DNA of 64,000 bases from the human T2T-CHM13v2.0 reference genome, Homo sapiens: assembly GCF_009914755.1 (NCBI RefSeq), contig NC_060925.1; one strand, 5' to 3'. The notes below the pieces were generated by a model. It was not told the DNA's origin, searched no databases, and worked only from the letters and a program-made list of their open reading frames with translations. The translations under genes were made by a program, and so were the position numbers. Every line of letters begins with the position of its first letter. Positions within the stretch are counted from its first letter, which is position 1. Shown here piece by piece: positions 32,578-57,389 of this stretch.

Positions 32578-32898
32578 AGCACTCTCTAATAGAAATATAA
32601 GGCAAGCCACAAATGCAAGCCATATCAGTTAAGATTCTCTAGTAGCTATATTCTAAAAAGTAAAAACAAGTAAAACAAATGAAATTATATTTTTTAACCC
32701 AATATACTCAAAACATTATTTCAATAGATAAGGAATATGAAGAAATTATTAGTGTAATATTTTACATTCTTTCTTTAATATTAAGTCCGAAATTCAGTAT
32801 GAATTTTACATGTACACCACATCTCAATTCAGACTAGTCACAGTTCAAGAGCTCACTCATCACATGTAGCTAGGGGCCTCCATATTAAACAACACAGG
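32578..32898. mobile_element. MER33-like hAT-Charlie DNA transposon
   Basis: aatagaaatataaggcaagccaca...catctcaattcagactagtcaca. Confidence 0.65.
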
Positions 32899-33619
32899 TT
32901 ACAAGAACTAAAAAGTACCAAATGTGTGACTCAAAATTACACCTAATTTTGGAATCTAATTTTGGAATATATTTTCTGAATATAATTAGATATAATCCTC
33001 TGTAGTAATACTGTCTCTCCATAATCTATAAAAACAATCCACTAGGATATAGTTAAGTACTGTCTCTTGCTACATATACCAGCAAAATCCTAAACTGACA
33101 GGACTTTAGGTTTTTTACATTCTTCCATATTTTGAAAAAGAAAAAGGAAAAAATTTAGCTTCAGTTAATATGCCTAGAAGGAAGTCTGAAATGAAAGTCA
33201 TCTAGGAAAGATTGTATCCTAACCCAAGCCCCAGAGAATAGTAAAGTAAAAGCCACATGCCATAACTTCAAAATCAATGCCATACTCCCATAGCCAGGGT
33301 AGCATTAGTAGCTGAGAGGCTTACTTTAACTACTATTCAGAAGAAACAATGTGGTCTTTACATGCTATCCAACAATGACTCATGATTCAAACATCAGGCT
33401 ATCTCAGCTTTAGGGATTTAATATCCCTTCTAAATTTTTTACTTCCACCAGAATACTATCAATTTCACTCAACAAATACTTACTAAACATAGGCATAAGG
33501 CTAGGCATTGAGTGGGAAAATAAGTAAGACATATGGTTCCTGTCCTGTCTTCAAATTGCTCACTAGTAATGAAGTATGGGGAGGCAAACATGGAAACAAT
33601 TACAAGTCTCTTTCTCTCA

Positions 33620-34085
33620 TCCATTACTACCAAACCTAGTAGCTTAATACATTAAATATTTATTATCTCCCAGTTTCTGTATGTCAGAAACTGCAGTACA
33701 GTTTAGCTGGGCGATTCTGGCTCATGGCCTCTCATGAGCTTGCAGAATCTTGGCTAGTGCTGCTGTCATCTGAAGGCTTGACTGGGGCTGGAAGAGCTGC
33801 TTCAAAGATGGCTCCCTCATATAGTTATTGGCAAAAGTCCTCAGTTTCTCACCATGTGGACCTTTCCATAAGACTGCTGAGTATCTTCACCTTGTGGCAA
33901 CTGGCTTCCCCCAGAACAAGAAAGCAAGACAGAAAATGCTTACATGATTTAGCTTCATAAGTCACTCTGATATTTTTGTAATATTCAATTGGTTACACAA
34001 GTCAGCCCTATTCAACATGGGAAGAAAGCGCATAACAGCATAAATATAAGGAAGTGGAGACCACTGACAGCCATCCTGGAGGCTA
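33620..34085 (-). mobile_element. MLT1-type LTR
   Basis: tcatctgaaggcttgactggggctggaagagctgcttcaaagatggct. Confidence 0.7.
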
Positions 34086-34847
34086 ATGACCTCATGTGAC
34101 ATATTATGTTCAACACACAAAGTTGGGCAATAATGAAAATGTAAAAGGGCATGTTTATATGATATACTGTTTATAAACATACATATAAGTATAATGTTAT
34201 ATCTTAAAGAAGATGGGGATTATGTTTACAAGTACATTTATAATGTTTATTTCTTAAGGTGGGTGATGTGAACATAGGTTTTGTTTTTTTTTTTTTTTTT
34301 TGCATCTGAAATATTCATTATAAAAAACTGATGCTTTGGGCCAGCTGTAGTGGCTCACGCCTGAAATCCTAGCACTTTGAGAGGCTGAGGTGGGTGGATC
34401 ACTACAGGTCAGGAGTTCAAGACCAGCCTGGCCAACGTGTTGAAACCCCGTCTCCACTAAAAAATATAAAAATTAGCCGGACGTGGGTGGCACACACCCG
34501 TAGTCCCAGCTATTCAGGAGGCTGAAGCAGGAGAATCACTTGAACCCAGGAGGCAGATATTGCAGTGAGCCAAGATCACACCACTGCACTCCAGCCTGGG
34601 CGACACAGCAAGATTCCGTCTTAAAAACAAAACGAACAAACCAAAAAACCCAAAAACAAAAAAACTAATGATTTGTCTAAAGGAAATTAGTATTTTTAAA
34701 GACATTATTGCTGAATACATTCATTCATACAGCTGTTTAGAACGACTATTTGGAAGTATCCATGATACATGTCGATGGGCTGACTCAGAAATCTGTCCCA
34801 ATACTCAAATAAGCAAGGACCTACGTACTGAAATTAATCACAGAATT

Positions 34848-37142
<2,295 letters not shown>

Positions 37143-37496
37143 TCACAGAATTATTTATAAGAAAAAACTGGTAATAACCACAATGTTCATCAATCAGAAA
37201 ATAAGCAAATAAATTATGACACTACCATACAACAGAATGTGATGCAGCCATTAAAAATAACATGGTTCCCAATTTGATGGAGCCAATCAAATATAGGTAA
37301 AGAATAGGATATACATACAATATAATACCATATTTTGATAGGCTATGAAACTATTAACAGCTACCTCAAGATAGTGAGAATGTAGCAAGTGAAATAAAAA
37401 CAGAGAAAGAAAACTTTGCTACTTTAGCGACTTCTGTATTTAAAATTTTTTAGTATCATGTAAGCCTTTTGTAATTTTGTTTTAAAAAGTTGGTTA

Positions 37497-37670
<174 letters not shown>

Positions 37671-38667
37671 TCAGGAGCCTGAGGCAGGACTATTGATTGA
37701 GTCTACGAGGTCAGAGGCTGCAGTGAGCCATTATTCAGCCACTGCACTCCAGCCTGGGTGACAGGGCAAGACCCTGTCTCACAAAAAAAAAAAAAAAAAT
37801 CTGGTTAAGACAACAATCAGGCAGACCACATGCAAAATGTTAATACAACAAAAAGTGAAAAAAGAACTCAAATAACACATATATTCAAATTAGATCAAAG
37901 ATATAGGCAGAGACATGAAGAAAATACATCAAAATTAAAATAAAGGTTATGTCAGAATACTAAATTTGGGGTCAGAGAGAGTTCTTTCTCTTTTTTCTAA
38001 TTATCTCCAATATGGTTACATAAAACTTATAATTAAGGAATGAGACCTACACATCAAAAAAAAAAGGTGAAAGATGATCAAGAGCAGATAGAAAAAAAAA
38101 GACACTAGACAGCAGCCTAAAGAAGACAAATACTGTCTAATGTAATTTTGTTTTTAAAGTAATTCTTAGCTGGGCGCAGTGGCTCATGCCTGCAATCCCA
38201 ACACTTTGGGAGGCCCAAGCAGGCAGATCACTTGAGCTCAGACCAGCCTGGGCAACATGGTGAAACCCCATCTCTACCGAAAATACAAAAACTTAGCCGG
38301 GTGTGGTGGCGCACGTTCCAGATACTTAGGAGGCTGAGGAGGGAGAACTGCTTGAGCTCAGGGGGCAGAGGTTACAGTGAGCCGAGATCATGCCGCTGTA
38401 CTCCAGCCTGAGCAACAGTGAGATCCCATCTCAAAAAGAAAAAAAAGTAATTCTTATGTGTAAATGTTTTCATTATAAGTGATCCATATTTATGGAAAAA
38501 AAGAAAACCAAGAAGAAAATTTAATTGTCAACAAACTCACCACTCACATAATCAGTACTTTTTTTGAAAAAATGATGGAGCATGAACAATATATAGAGAG
38601 ACACCTAAGCCTCACTCAGAAGTAAAACTGTGAACTAGCTACAAGTCCTTAACGGTTTCAAACAGAC

Positions 38668-39186
38668 TTTTTTTAAAAGTATGTTTATAGTAAAACATAT
38701 AAAATTTGCCATTCTCATTATTTTTAAATGTATGATTCATGGCATTTAATACATTCACAATCTTGTGCAACCATCAGCATTCTTTCCAAAACTTTTTCAT
38801 CATCCCCAACAGAAATACTATATCCATTTCCCTTTCTTGCATCCCTGGGTAAACTCTAATCTACTTTCTGACTCTATGAATTTGCCTATTCTATATATAT
38901 CATATAGGTGGGATCATACTTATATGATTATATGTAAAACTAGCCTTTTCTGTCTGGCTTATTTTACTTAGCATAATGTTTTCAAGGTTCATCCATGTTG
39001 TAGCATGTATCAGAACCTCATTCCTTTTTGTGGCTAAATAATATTCATATTCATACATATACAAATACCCCCCCCCCCACATACATTTTGTCTATGCATT
39101 CATCTCTATGCTGAGGAACATTTGGGTTATTTCCACCTTTTGACTCTTGGGAATCATGCTGCTATAAACATGAGCATACAAGTACC
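38668..39186 (-). mobile_element. L1MB-like 3' end
   Basis: ttagcataatgttttcaaggttcatccatgttgtagcatgtatcagaac. Confidence 0.8.
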
Positions 39187-39609
39187 AAAGTGAGTTTTAA
39201 TAGTTTGCTCTGGCTAAACTATAAAGAGAACAGAAGTAACAGAAACTGCCAAAAGCAATTACCACAATAAAATTCAATATAAGACATTAACTTTGTGATT
39301 TTTAATATTATTTATACTTCTTTTTCCAAATTTTGTTAAATATGTATTATTTTGCATAAATGAGGGGAAATTAATTTTTGGAGAGTCCTTTGTCATGACA
39401 AGAAAAATATGTTCTAATCTGAAAAGATACAAAGTAAGGAAATAAAAGGGAGAGAGCAACACAATGCTGAAGATATCAGGAGATCATTACTGAGGTCAGG
39501 ATTGCAGGTTAGCAGCACAGCTGAGAAGGGAGCTGACCTGGAGCCTAAAAGCATCTTTTTTTCTTTTTTCCTGTTCTGAATAAGAGAGGGTACTAGTCTT
39601 CCCTCCCTA

Positions 39610-40289
<680 letters not shown>

Positions 40290-42195
40290 GAATTAATGAA
40301 TAGGTAATTTCTACAGACCTCTAAGCTCTACCACCTATGTCATATTTTTTTAATTATTTATATTTTTAGTCTCAAATTGACTATTACAAGTACCTCAAGT
40401 TTCATAGTAAGTTTTATAGAAACCATACACTAGGGGAAATTGGCAGGTAGGTGAATGACAGGTAATTATATCTCAGGGATCATTATTTAAACTGCAACTT
40501 TGCTTAAACAAAATTACAAACCAGAGTGTGCAGACTTATAGCACGATTTTTTTTTAGTGGGTATTTGTCTAAGTATTTGTAACGCCAAATGCATCCACAG
40601 TTCTTTTCTTATTTGCCTCCAAAATAAATAGCAATATATCAAACTGAGAAGTACATCCTAAAATGTTTGCTCAAATTTCAAAATGCTGTATCAATGCAAA
40701 TATAAAAGGTCATTAATTTGTATCTGCATACATCGTTATGTCTCCCACTTTAAGGAGTTTTCAAGGAGTTAAAAACTCTGAGCCCATAAAAAACCTGATA
40801 TACAACTGAATTAATATGTGGAGAGTTAAAAATAATATTTACACCAGTTCCAGTAAGTTTTTTTAAGAAATGGTGTCTTGCTATATTGCCCAGGTTGGTC
40901 TCAAACTCCTGGGCTCTAGTAATGCTCCCGGCTCAGTCTCCCAAGTAGCTTGGACTACAGATGTGTGCTATCACAAATGGCTTAGTTCCAGTAAGATTTA
41001 AGGTTGGTACAAATATCTTATTACAGTAGGATTTAAGACTAGTACAAATGTAATACCTATCTTCAATCTTTTAACAGGTTATAAGAATTGTTGTTCCAAT
41101 TCTGTAAATGGGAATAAACGCCCATGCAATGTCTTGCATATTATAAGTATTACCAAAATACTTGATATTAAAATGGAATATAGGTTTTAAAACATATCCA
41201 AAAAGAAGAATTTCAAGTTATGTCTTTCACTTATTTAAGCTAACAACTATCAGAGAGAGATGGAAGTTGCAAAGATACACAGAGCACTGGCTTCAGAAGA
41301 AATAAAAAAACACAAGAGTAGGAATTACAGAAAAAGGGAAAAAAGAGGAAATAATGGTAACACGACAATTATCTTTTCTTAGATGTCTATATGGCATGTT
41401 TCTCCAAGTTAATATTATCTGTAGGCATATAACATATTTCTATCTCTCTCTGATCCTTCCTGCCTTACAGCTAAATTTCAGGAAACAAAACATGTACACA
41501 ATGACACATTACTGCTGCTGCTACCACCATCATTTACTATATGCTTTATTATGAGCCAGGCACTGTGACAAGACTTTAGATTCATTATCTTATTTAATCT
41601 TCACCATAACCCTGAGATATATTTTACTGAAGCTTATAGAGGTTAAACAACTTACCCAAGATCCCTTAGCTAATTAATAAATGATAGAGCCAAGATACTA
41701 AACATTCAGCCCTAAATGTTCTGACAACTATAAATCACTGCTAAGAAGGTAAGCTAAAACTAACTGTAGAACATAAAAGTCAAAACATAGCATATCAGAA
41801 TACGTCATGACCCTGAGGATTTTATTGCCTGCCTAAAACTAATCTTATTACCTATTTAAGAAATTCTATTAACTAAAATATTAAGGCAGAAATTATATTT
41901 GAAAAATGAAATTATCAACATACCACATGAAAATTCCCAACTCCTCTGAAAACAGCCTATTATAGACTATACTTAATCTTTTTCTGCTACATCGATGTAG
42001 TAAAACCAGTATTTTTTAAAAGGTCTCAGAGTGGGAGGGTGGGAGGCAGGTAAGGAAGGAGAAGTTATTTACTGGGTACAATATACACTATCCAGGTGAT
42101 GGCTACACTAAAAGTCCAGACCTCACCACTACACAATATAACCATGTAGTGAAAACTGCACTTGTACCCCTAAATCTGTAAAAATAAAAAAAAGG

Positions 42196-43020
<825 letters not shown>

Positions 43021-44403
43021 AAATTTACATGAAAGGAAACCTTCCAACTTCATAAACTATAAGCAACAGTTTCTAAAGAAAGGAAGAAAAGAAGAGAAAA
43101 TGAGAGAAAATTAATAGAGAAAAAGCATCCAATGGCTACCACATCATAATTACATGCCTGTATCAGAGGCAAATGGAAGTTTACGAAGGGTAAGAGAAAC
43201 ACCAAACTAATCTATGTTGGTTACAGGGCTTAAGTTTAAAAAAAAATCTAAATATAAAATGTCAGGTTTGTGGTTAATTTTTTTATATTTAATGCTCCAG
43301 TAGTATGAGTTTGTGTTTTAGCTGCAAATACATATTTATATTCACTGCTAGAGAACTTTACTAAATAGTACCACATGCACTGCTCTCCAGCTAAATAAAA
43401 CCCCCTAAATCAGCTAAACAGCTCAGAAATATCTTAAGCTACATACAAAGTTACCACACATACCTACACTCATTTTTGCAACAGTTCAAAACATCTGAGT
43501 ACAGCTGATATTTTTGTGTTATCTGATCAAGACATTTCACGTGAATAAATGAAGTATTACTCAGTTTTAGCATTTTCAATGTTTGTTAATCTAGGAATAT
43601 TTAAAATGATAGTAGACCACAGGTGTGGCAAGAATTCTTTCCATAATTCCGTTTCTACTCTGAGACAGAACACTTAAACTTCCTCTCCCTGGTCCAATGT
43701 AACGAAAAATACCAGCCATATCCTTAGACTCAATAAAACCAGAGTTAGCAGCTGGTGATACTGATTACCAAACTTATTTCAAGATATCCAAAACTGTACA
43801 AGATACAGCATGCAATTACCTTGAAGAATTAGGATTTATTTGGCATTTGAAACCTTTTGAACTATACAAGTGCAACTTCATTCAAAAATAATTAATGAAA
43901 TACTTTAACCAGCCATTTAATCTACTACCTAGTATTAAAAGATTTTTCAAGTTAATATGTCCAGTATAGTCATTGCTAGGTTATACTTATTTCTTATGAA
44001 GAAATAATGACCTTAAAACTATAAATAACAAATTACAATTTATTTGTTACAAATAACGAAAATTACCATGGTCTGTGTATCCGAAATAAGTTTCCTACAT
44101 GCCAAAAAATTATGTCTTATTTAATGTTATATGCTTCGGTAAACACAATCTATAAAAGAATTATACAAACCCAGGACCTTTTCTGCTACTAGGCCAACCT
44201 AAATCATCCAACAAATAGAATAATTAATATTTTTAAGCACATACATCAGTTTTATGAGGCGGACAATATAATCCTCCATATTAACATGAGAAAACTGTCA
44301 TATAGGTAATTTTGGTAATATACTTAACCATTTGGTAATTCAACAAAATTGAAATCAATTCTGCTACCAGACATTCCTTATATATATCTTCAATTTCATC
44401 TGA

Positions 44404-44598
<195 letters not shown>

Positions 44599-45309
44599 TA
44601 ATCACAAAATTAATATAGCTGCTATTTATATTGACCACCAAAACATATAGCAAGTACTGTTATAGGCACTACATGCTATTATTTCCACTCCTCATGACCA
44701 ACTTTACACAGTAAATATCAAGACACATATTTTTCTGATTAAAAAAAAAAAAGACCCAGAAAAGTTATAAACAACAAAGACACGAAACAAAACCCATGCT
44801 CTACTACACCATGCCACTTTATTTCCCAGGCATCAATTCTTTTTATAATCAAATTCTTTTCAACACAGAATTTTGCTGGATTCCCTACCAAACCTAAAGT
44901 TGTCTTCCTTCATAGAGAAGGAATTATTATTACATGAACCACTTTGCTGTATTACCAAATTACTGACTTCCCCACAAATTCTTTTGTATTAAAACTGGGG
45001 GGAAAGGGCGGGGCATGGTGGTTCATGCCTGTAATCCTAACACTTTGGGAAGCCAAGGCGGGAGGGTCGCTTCAGGCTGCAAGCTCGAGATCAGCCTGGG
45101 TAACATATTGAGATCTCATATCCACAAAAAAATCTTTTAAAAACTAGCCAGGCATGGTGGCATGTGCCTGTAGTCCTGGCTACTCAGGAGTCTGTCCAAG
45201 TGTCAGAAGTCTGACACTTGGGATTACTTGAGCCCAAGAGTTCAAGTTTACAGTGAGCTATGATCATGCCACTCCACTCCAGGCTGGGTGACAGAGCAAG
45301 ACCCTGCAA

Positions 45310-45342
<33 letters not shown>

Positions 45343-45889
45343 TAATAAAATATATTGAATAAGAACACTGGAAAACTGAAATTTGATTATTTAAGCTGCA
45401 CCTAAAATTGTTATACCTAAGCTGTTCAAGCTCGCAAGTGAGGAGCTAAGCCTATTCCCTAACCTCAACCTTCCAACGCCACAAACACAAAATTGTTTTG
45501 TTTCATTTTGTTTTTTTAAAAAAAGGATATCCACACACAATTTTTTCTTGACAGCAGCAAAGGTATTAAAATACCTGTTTCCTTATGTTTCATGCTAGTC
45601 CTTAAAAATACAAATTCAGAACAAGTAACTCTTAAAATATAGCATATATTATATGAATTTTAAATTTCAGTATATACAATATATCGAGCACTATGTTAAG
45701 TATGCTCAACAGCACTATCATTCCCTGCCCAATGTGAAATAAGAATTACCACTGTTTTGAAAAATCCTAAAATGTCAATAAAAATCTCAATATAATCCTC
45801 CAAAAGGGTAAATAGTGCCTAGATCATAGCAAAGGCCTAAAAACTCTATTTTAATGCTAGCCATTTTAGTTACTTTAACTACACAGGTA

Positions 45890-46692
45890 CAGTAGTTCCT
45901 CCTTATCTGAGGTTTCACTCTCCATGGTTTCAGCTACCTGCCATCAAGCTGGTCCAAAAATATTACATGGAAAATTCCAGAAATAAACAATTCATTAATT
46001 CTCGGCCAGGCGCAGTGATTCAAGCCTATAATCCCAGCACTTTGGGAGGCCAAAGCAGGCGGATCACTTGAGGTCAGGAGTTTGAGAACAGCCTGGCCAA
46101 AATGGTGAAACTCTGTCCCTACTGAAAATACAAAAATTAGCTGGGCGTGGTGGCACACACCTGTAATCCCAGCGACTCGGGAGGCTGAGGCAGGACAATC
46201 ACTGGAACCTGTGGAGGCAGAGGTTGCAGTGAGCTGATATCACACCACTGCACTCCAGCCTGGGAGACAGAGCAAGACTCCCTCTCAAAAAAAAAAAAAA
46301 AAAAAAATCCAATTCATCAATTCTAAATTATATGCCATCTGCCCTGTTCCACCTGGGACATGAACCATCACTTTGCCCAGTGTATCCATACTGTATATGC
46401 TATCCGCCTGTTAGTTACTTAGTATGCATCTCATTTATCAGATCCACTATTGTTGCTGTATGACAGTGCTTGTGCTCAAGTAATCCTTATTTTACTTAAT
46501 AATATTTGACTAGTAATAATTATTAATTGTTGTCTTTACTCTGTTACTGTGCCTAATTTATAAATAAAACTCTATCATAGGTAGGTATGAACAGGTAAAT
46601 ACATGCTACGCATAGGATTTGGTCCCATCCACAGTTTCAGGTATCACTAGTAGTCTTGGAATGTATCTCCCGAGGATAAGGGGGAACTACTA
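45890..46692 (+). mobile_element. MER44A-like Tigger element with a nested Alu (~46003-46307)
   Basis: Terminal inverted repeats cagtagttcctccttatc ... gataagggggaactacta with TA flanks. Confidence 0.8.
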
Positions 46693-47142
46693 TATACGTA
46701 AAAGAAAAGAGTGATGAAATTATGAGGTGGAAAAAATGTTCTCTTAATCAAAACTGGAAAAAGATACATGTGAAAAATCAGGGAATCCTGGCACAAATAT
46801 ACTAAATATCAATAAAATAATTTTTTAAAGGTCTTCAGCATCTCACCAGGTAAAGCACCATGTTCTATTAACAAGATGTATGGCTCTGACAAGTTATTTA
46901 AGCTCTTTGAATCTTGGTTTCCTTGAATTAAGCAATAATTCTAATGCTTTACTGTTGTAACATTCCAGGAAATTTATACAGACTCAAATAAGCAGATTTT
47001 TTGGCAGAGCACAGTGGTTCACGCCTGTAATCCCAGCACCTTGGGAGGCCAAGGCGGGTGAATCACTCGAGGCCAGGAGTTCGAGACCAGCCTGGCCAAT
47101 GTGGCGAAACCCTGTCTCTACTAAAAATACAAAAATTAGCTA

Positions 47143-47277
<135 letters not shown>

Positions 47278-48648
47278 CTATCTCAAAAAAAAAAAAAAAA
47301 GAGAACTCATATAAGCAAATTTTTTATGCAATGGTTAGTTTCAAATATAACAGGAAAAAAAAATCCTCAAAATGCTGCACTATAATAGAAAACTAAGGTC
47401 TTAATTCCCTGAGCTCCATATACTAGGTTACAGAAAAAATCAGACATTTCTGGGACAAGTCAATACAATGAGAGTACATAAGCAAGACTAAAGATACACA
47501 GCTACACAATAAAAGACTTTCAGAAGACGCCAAAAAAGCATTTAGGACTGCAAGAGGTTTTTTTAAATCTGATAATATTAAAGGAATCTAAAGTGTTACA
47601 TACTCAACTCCAACACATCCACACCTTTCTAGTTCTCACCTGCCATAGGCAAGTAGGTATTCTGTCTAAAGTCAGAAGACTTCCGTCAGAGCTTATGCTC
47701 TTTGGACTCTCCTAGAGCTCAGGTGATTGCTCCCTTCTTCCCACTTTCTGCTCTCAATTTTTAAACCTGCTCCTCTGCCATATTTAAAAATCTTGGCTGG
47801 GTGTGGTGACTGACTGACATCTGTAATCCCAGGACTTTGGGAGGCCAAGGCAGGTGGACTGCTTGATCCCAGGAGTTTAAGACCAGTCTGGGCAACAAGA
47901 TGAAGCCCCATCTCTACAAAAAATACAAAAAGTAGCCGGGTGTGGCAGCACATGCCTGTAGTCCCAGCTACTCAGGAGGCTGAGGTGAGAGGACTGCTTG
48001 AGCCCAGTAGATCAAGACTGCAGTGAGCCATGAACGCACCACCGCACTCCAGCTTGGGCGACCGGGCAAGACCCTGTCTCAAAAAAACAAAACAAAAACA
48101 AAATCTCGCTGAATCTTACATCCCCCTAAGTACCCTGTGTCTCACTGTATTCTCCCTTCCCCATAGCTAAGCAACTACAAAAAATGTTTAGCTTTTCACT
48201 CTTTCCTTTCTCACCTCCCACTTTTTCATTGCAAATTCTATTCTGCCATTTTTCTGAAACCACACTTAACCAAGGTTACTTACCAAGAACCTCTTTGTTG
48301 CTAAATCAAGTAAACACTTGACAGTCCTTATCTTAACTTGATCTCTCTGCAACATATGCCCCAGTACCATTCTCTCCTTTTATTCTGATTTTTCTGATTA
48401 GAAAATACATGTTAAGAACCCAAATATCCAGAAGAAAATGGAAGTCCAAGTACTCTGTAATCTCACTCTCAAAGACAGTCACAGTTAACAATATGGTATA
48501 TATTCATCAAGATTTCTTTTCTAATAATACATATGACATTTAGGTATATATGTAATGTTTTAAATTTTACAAAATTAGAAAATTTTACATATTTCCTTGA
48601 CAATTTATTTTACTTAAAGTACTTTGATCTTCTGTCCTTGTCAGTATT

Positions 48649-49472
<824 letters not shown>

Positions 49473-49714
49473 TATAGACACCATACTCCATCAGCTGTAT
49501 AGCATTCCATCATATAAATATAAATGTACTATACTTGATTTAACCAATCCTCTATTGATGGATACTTGGAGTGCTTCCGATTTTTTACTATTATTAATAT
49601 ATGTTAAAGACATTTCTCCACATGTGTACGTTTCTCTAGGATTTATTCCATAAAGTATAACTACTGGGACAAGTAACATAATACTACAAGTTTTAACAGA
49701 TATAAAAAGAAACT

Positions 49715-53257
<3,543 letters not shown>

Positions 53258-54286
53258 CTTACAAATTATTTCTGGAATTTTCCATTTAATATTTTCAGAC
53301 TGTAATTGACCACAGTTAAGTAAAACTGCAGATAAGGGAGGACTACTGTATTCAAAGACATTACATTATTCATGACTTATCCCCAAAATTCATTTTCAAT
53401 TTACTTCAAGGTCTTTTCACCATCAAATTATGCTCAGTTTTCCAAACTATCCTGATTTCTGGTATGCCTGAAGATATTACATTTTTCTTCTACCTTTCTC
53501 ATGTATTTCATTCAAATATATTATATAATTAATCATTAAAGCTACACTTTTATACAGTATCTGCTAACGCTGTTCTGATAAAGTCACTAGCATAATTTAT
53601 GAGCATACTGGATTCATTTCTGACATACAAAAGATTCAGGCCAAAGACAACAGCAAATAATCATTTGAGCACCAACTCAGACAAAATCCCCATCCTTCCT
53701 TCTATCTCAGTGCTTACGCTTTCCTATGAACAAACAAAAAAAGCATTATCCATAATAAAGCAAGTTTTGTTCCTATCTCTCATCAAGGTCCCTTTCAAGA
53801 ACAAAGGAGCTAGCAGTTACTTAAGAGGAGTCCTGATAACAAACTTACAAGACACTAAATAGCAAAAACAACAACAAAAACCCAGATAATAGCCAGTTTA
53901 ACTAACTTTAGGGAACACTTTTCAGAGAGTTTAACTGTGTGAGTTGGATGAGCACAAAGAACAATGAACAAGGCACTAAACCCACATTGGTTTTGGCCAC
54001 TTAAAAGGATAAACTGCAAACAGTACAAGCAGAGAAAGCTCTCTTGAAGGAAACAGCTAAAAATGCAAAATAAACATACCAGGCTAGTAGCAATACCTAG
54101 TGAGAAATGAGATGACACTTTGCAAGCAAACTTAGGGGGTCACAATCAACAGGTTCTAACAACAATTAATCAATCTACATTCTTCCAATGAGGAAGGACT
54201 ATCGTAACACCATGAGAGATAGTAAAAATTCCCCATGTCATCTGATTGATATCTTGAATTTTATATACAAACACAAAAGTAAAATA

Positions 54287-54926
54287 CAGTCATGCACCGC
54301 ATAAGAACATTTCAGTCAATGGATACCACATATAAGAGGGTAGTCCCTGCCTGAGCATAGTGGCTCACGCCTGTAATCCCAGCACTTTGGGAGACTGAGG
54401 CAGGTGGATCATTTGAGGTCAGGAGTTCAAGACCAACCTGGCCAACGTGGTGAAACTCCATCTCTAATAAAAATGTAGAAATTAGCCATGTGTAGTGGTG
54501 TGTGCCTATAATCCCAGCTACTGGGAGGCTCAGGCAGGAGAATAGTTTGAACCCAGGAGGCAGAAGTTGCAGTGAGCTGAGATAGCGCCACTGCACTCCA
54601 GCCTGCGAGACACAGCGAGACTGCATTTCAAAAAAAAAAAAAAAGAGGGTGGTCTCATGAGATTATAATATAGTACTTTTGGTGTATCTTTGCTGTTTAG
54701 ATACACAAGTACCACTGTGTTACAACTGCCTACAGTATTCCATACAATAACATACTGTACAGGTTTGTAGCCTAGGAGCAAAAGGCTATACCATATAGCC
54801 TAGGTGTGTATAGTAGGCTCTATTATCTAGCTTTGTCTAAGTGTATTCTACGATGTTCATGCAACAGTGAAATTGTCTAACAACTCATTTCTCAGAACAT
54901 ATCCCCATTGTTAAGCAACACATGAC
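54287..54926. mobile_element. Tigger3/Golem-like DNA transposon with a nested Alu (~54348-54643)
   Basis: Terminal inverted repeats cagtcatgcaccgcataa ... ttaagcaacacatgactg. Internal acaggtttgtagcctaggagcaa. Confidence 0.8.
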
Positions 54927-55029
54927 TGACTGTTACTAACTTGTGGTAGAAAGAAAAGGCCAATGGGGATTTTGTGCAGTTGAGAAGCAGGCTTCTGTAT
55001 TTTATAAAACTTGTTAAAAATTAATTTGA

Positions 55030-55381
<352 letters not shown>

Positions 55382-55818
55382 TTAGAAGGAAAAAATCTAT
55401 CTACTATCTAGAATCACAACTTCATAAGAAAAAGGGCATTTTAACACAGAAAAAGGATGGATATAATTTAAAGGTGAATAAATTGTATAAACATTGATAA
55501 CATTTCTATTTCATCATGAACTTCATGGTAAAAATTCTAACTCAAAGAGCAACATTTGGGAAGCTACTGACTTAGTGTTTTAAAGAAAATAAAAATATAG
55601 AATGTCAAAGAATAACAAAGCTATTAGAGATATTTAAAATAGAGACTTTAATGGGTGGTTTTATCATTCACTTTATGTTAACTATACACTAAAATCTCCA
55701 CAACTTTATTAATCTTTAGTAATAGCTCATAACTTTTTCTAGTCTAGAAGCTTTTTTCAAAATAAAAAATTCTGAGTACTACCTCTCCCCATGATTGGAT
55801 TTAAGCATTACTAAATGA

Positions 55819-56443
<625 letters not shown>

Positions 56444-57095
56444 CATTATGACTTTTTAATAAATTTTATTATATATTACAAATATGCAAGAACTATTATT
56501 CATGCAACATTTAATGTACACATGGATTTCCAGACCCCTTGCAGAGATCTACAGCCCAATCCATTTCTCCAGGCACTCATCTCCTCCTACCACAAGTTTC
56601 TCACATTTTAGGCTGGACAATTCCTTTAGAGAAGGTATCAAATAGCTCGTTAAACCGGATTATCTTCAAAATCACTTCCAATCTTGAGATTATAAGATCC
56701 TGGGACAACGAGTACTTCTAAAAAGAATTTTGAGACTCCTAAAGAAATGATATCTTGACCAATATTTAGGTCCTCTACCTCCTGACACTCTTTTCAGACA
56801 ACTATGAAGAAATTTAAAAGGTATAACCCCATAAGGAGGAGACAACAATGGAGGACAGGTGGCAACAAGTTTCTGTATAATGGAAAGCAGACAGTGGACT
56901 TCCAAGGTGAGATGGCAGATTGAACACACACACATCTAATTTTGCTTCCTCCCAAAACGTTACTAAAACAAGGATAAAGAAAGTTGTGTTATTGTTGTTT
57001 GTTCTGTTTTTAGGACACAAGCCATTATGACAGGGAGAATGAGACAATAGCAACAAAATTTTGGAAGCTGGAAAGCAGCTGGATAACTGACCTAG

Positions 57096-57389
<294 letters not shown>

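Noticed and set aside
32943-32968. Short tandem duplication ctaattttggaat x2, and microsatellite Alu tails such as (TCAA)n and (TAA)n
   Set aside because: Ordinary replication-slippage products.
54079-54250. Possible cryptic minus-strand exon (donor ctg|gtatgt near 54078 with AG sites upstream)
   Set aside because: The acceptor is ambiguous, and such motifs arise by chance in a 48-kb intron. No other support.
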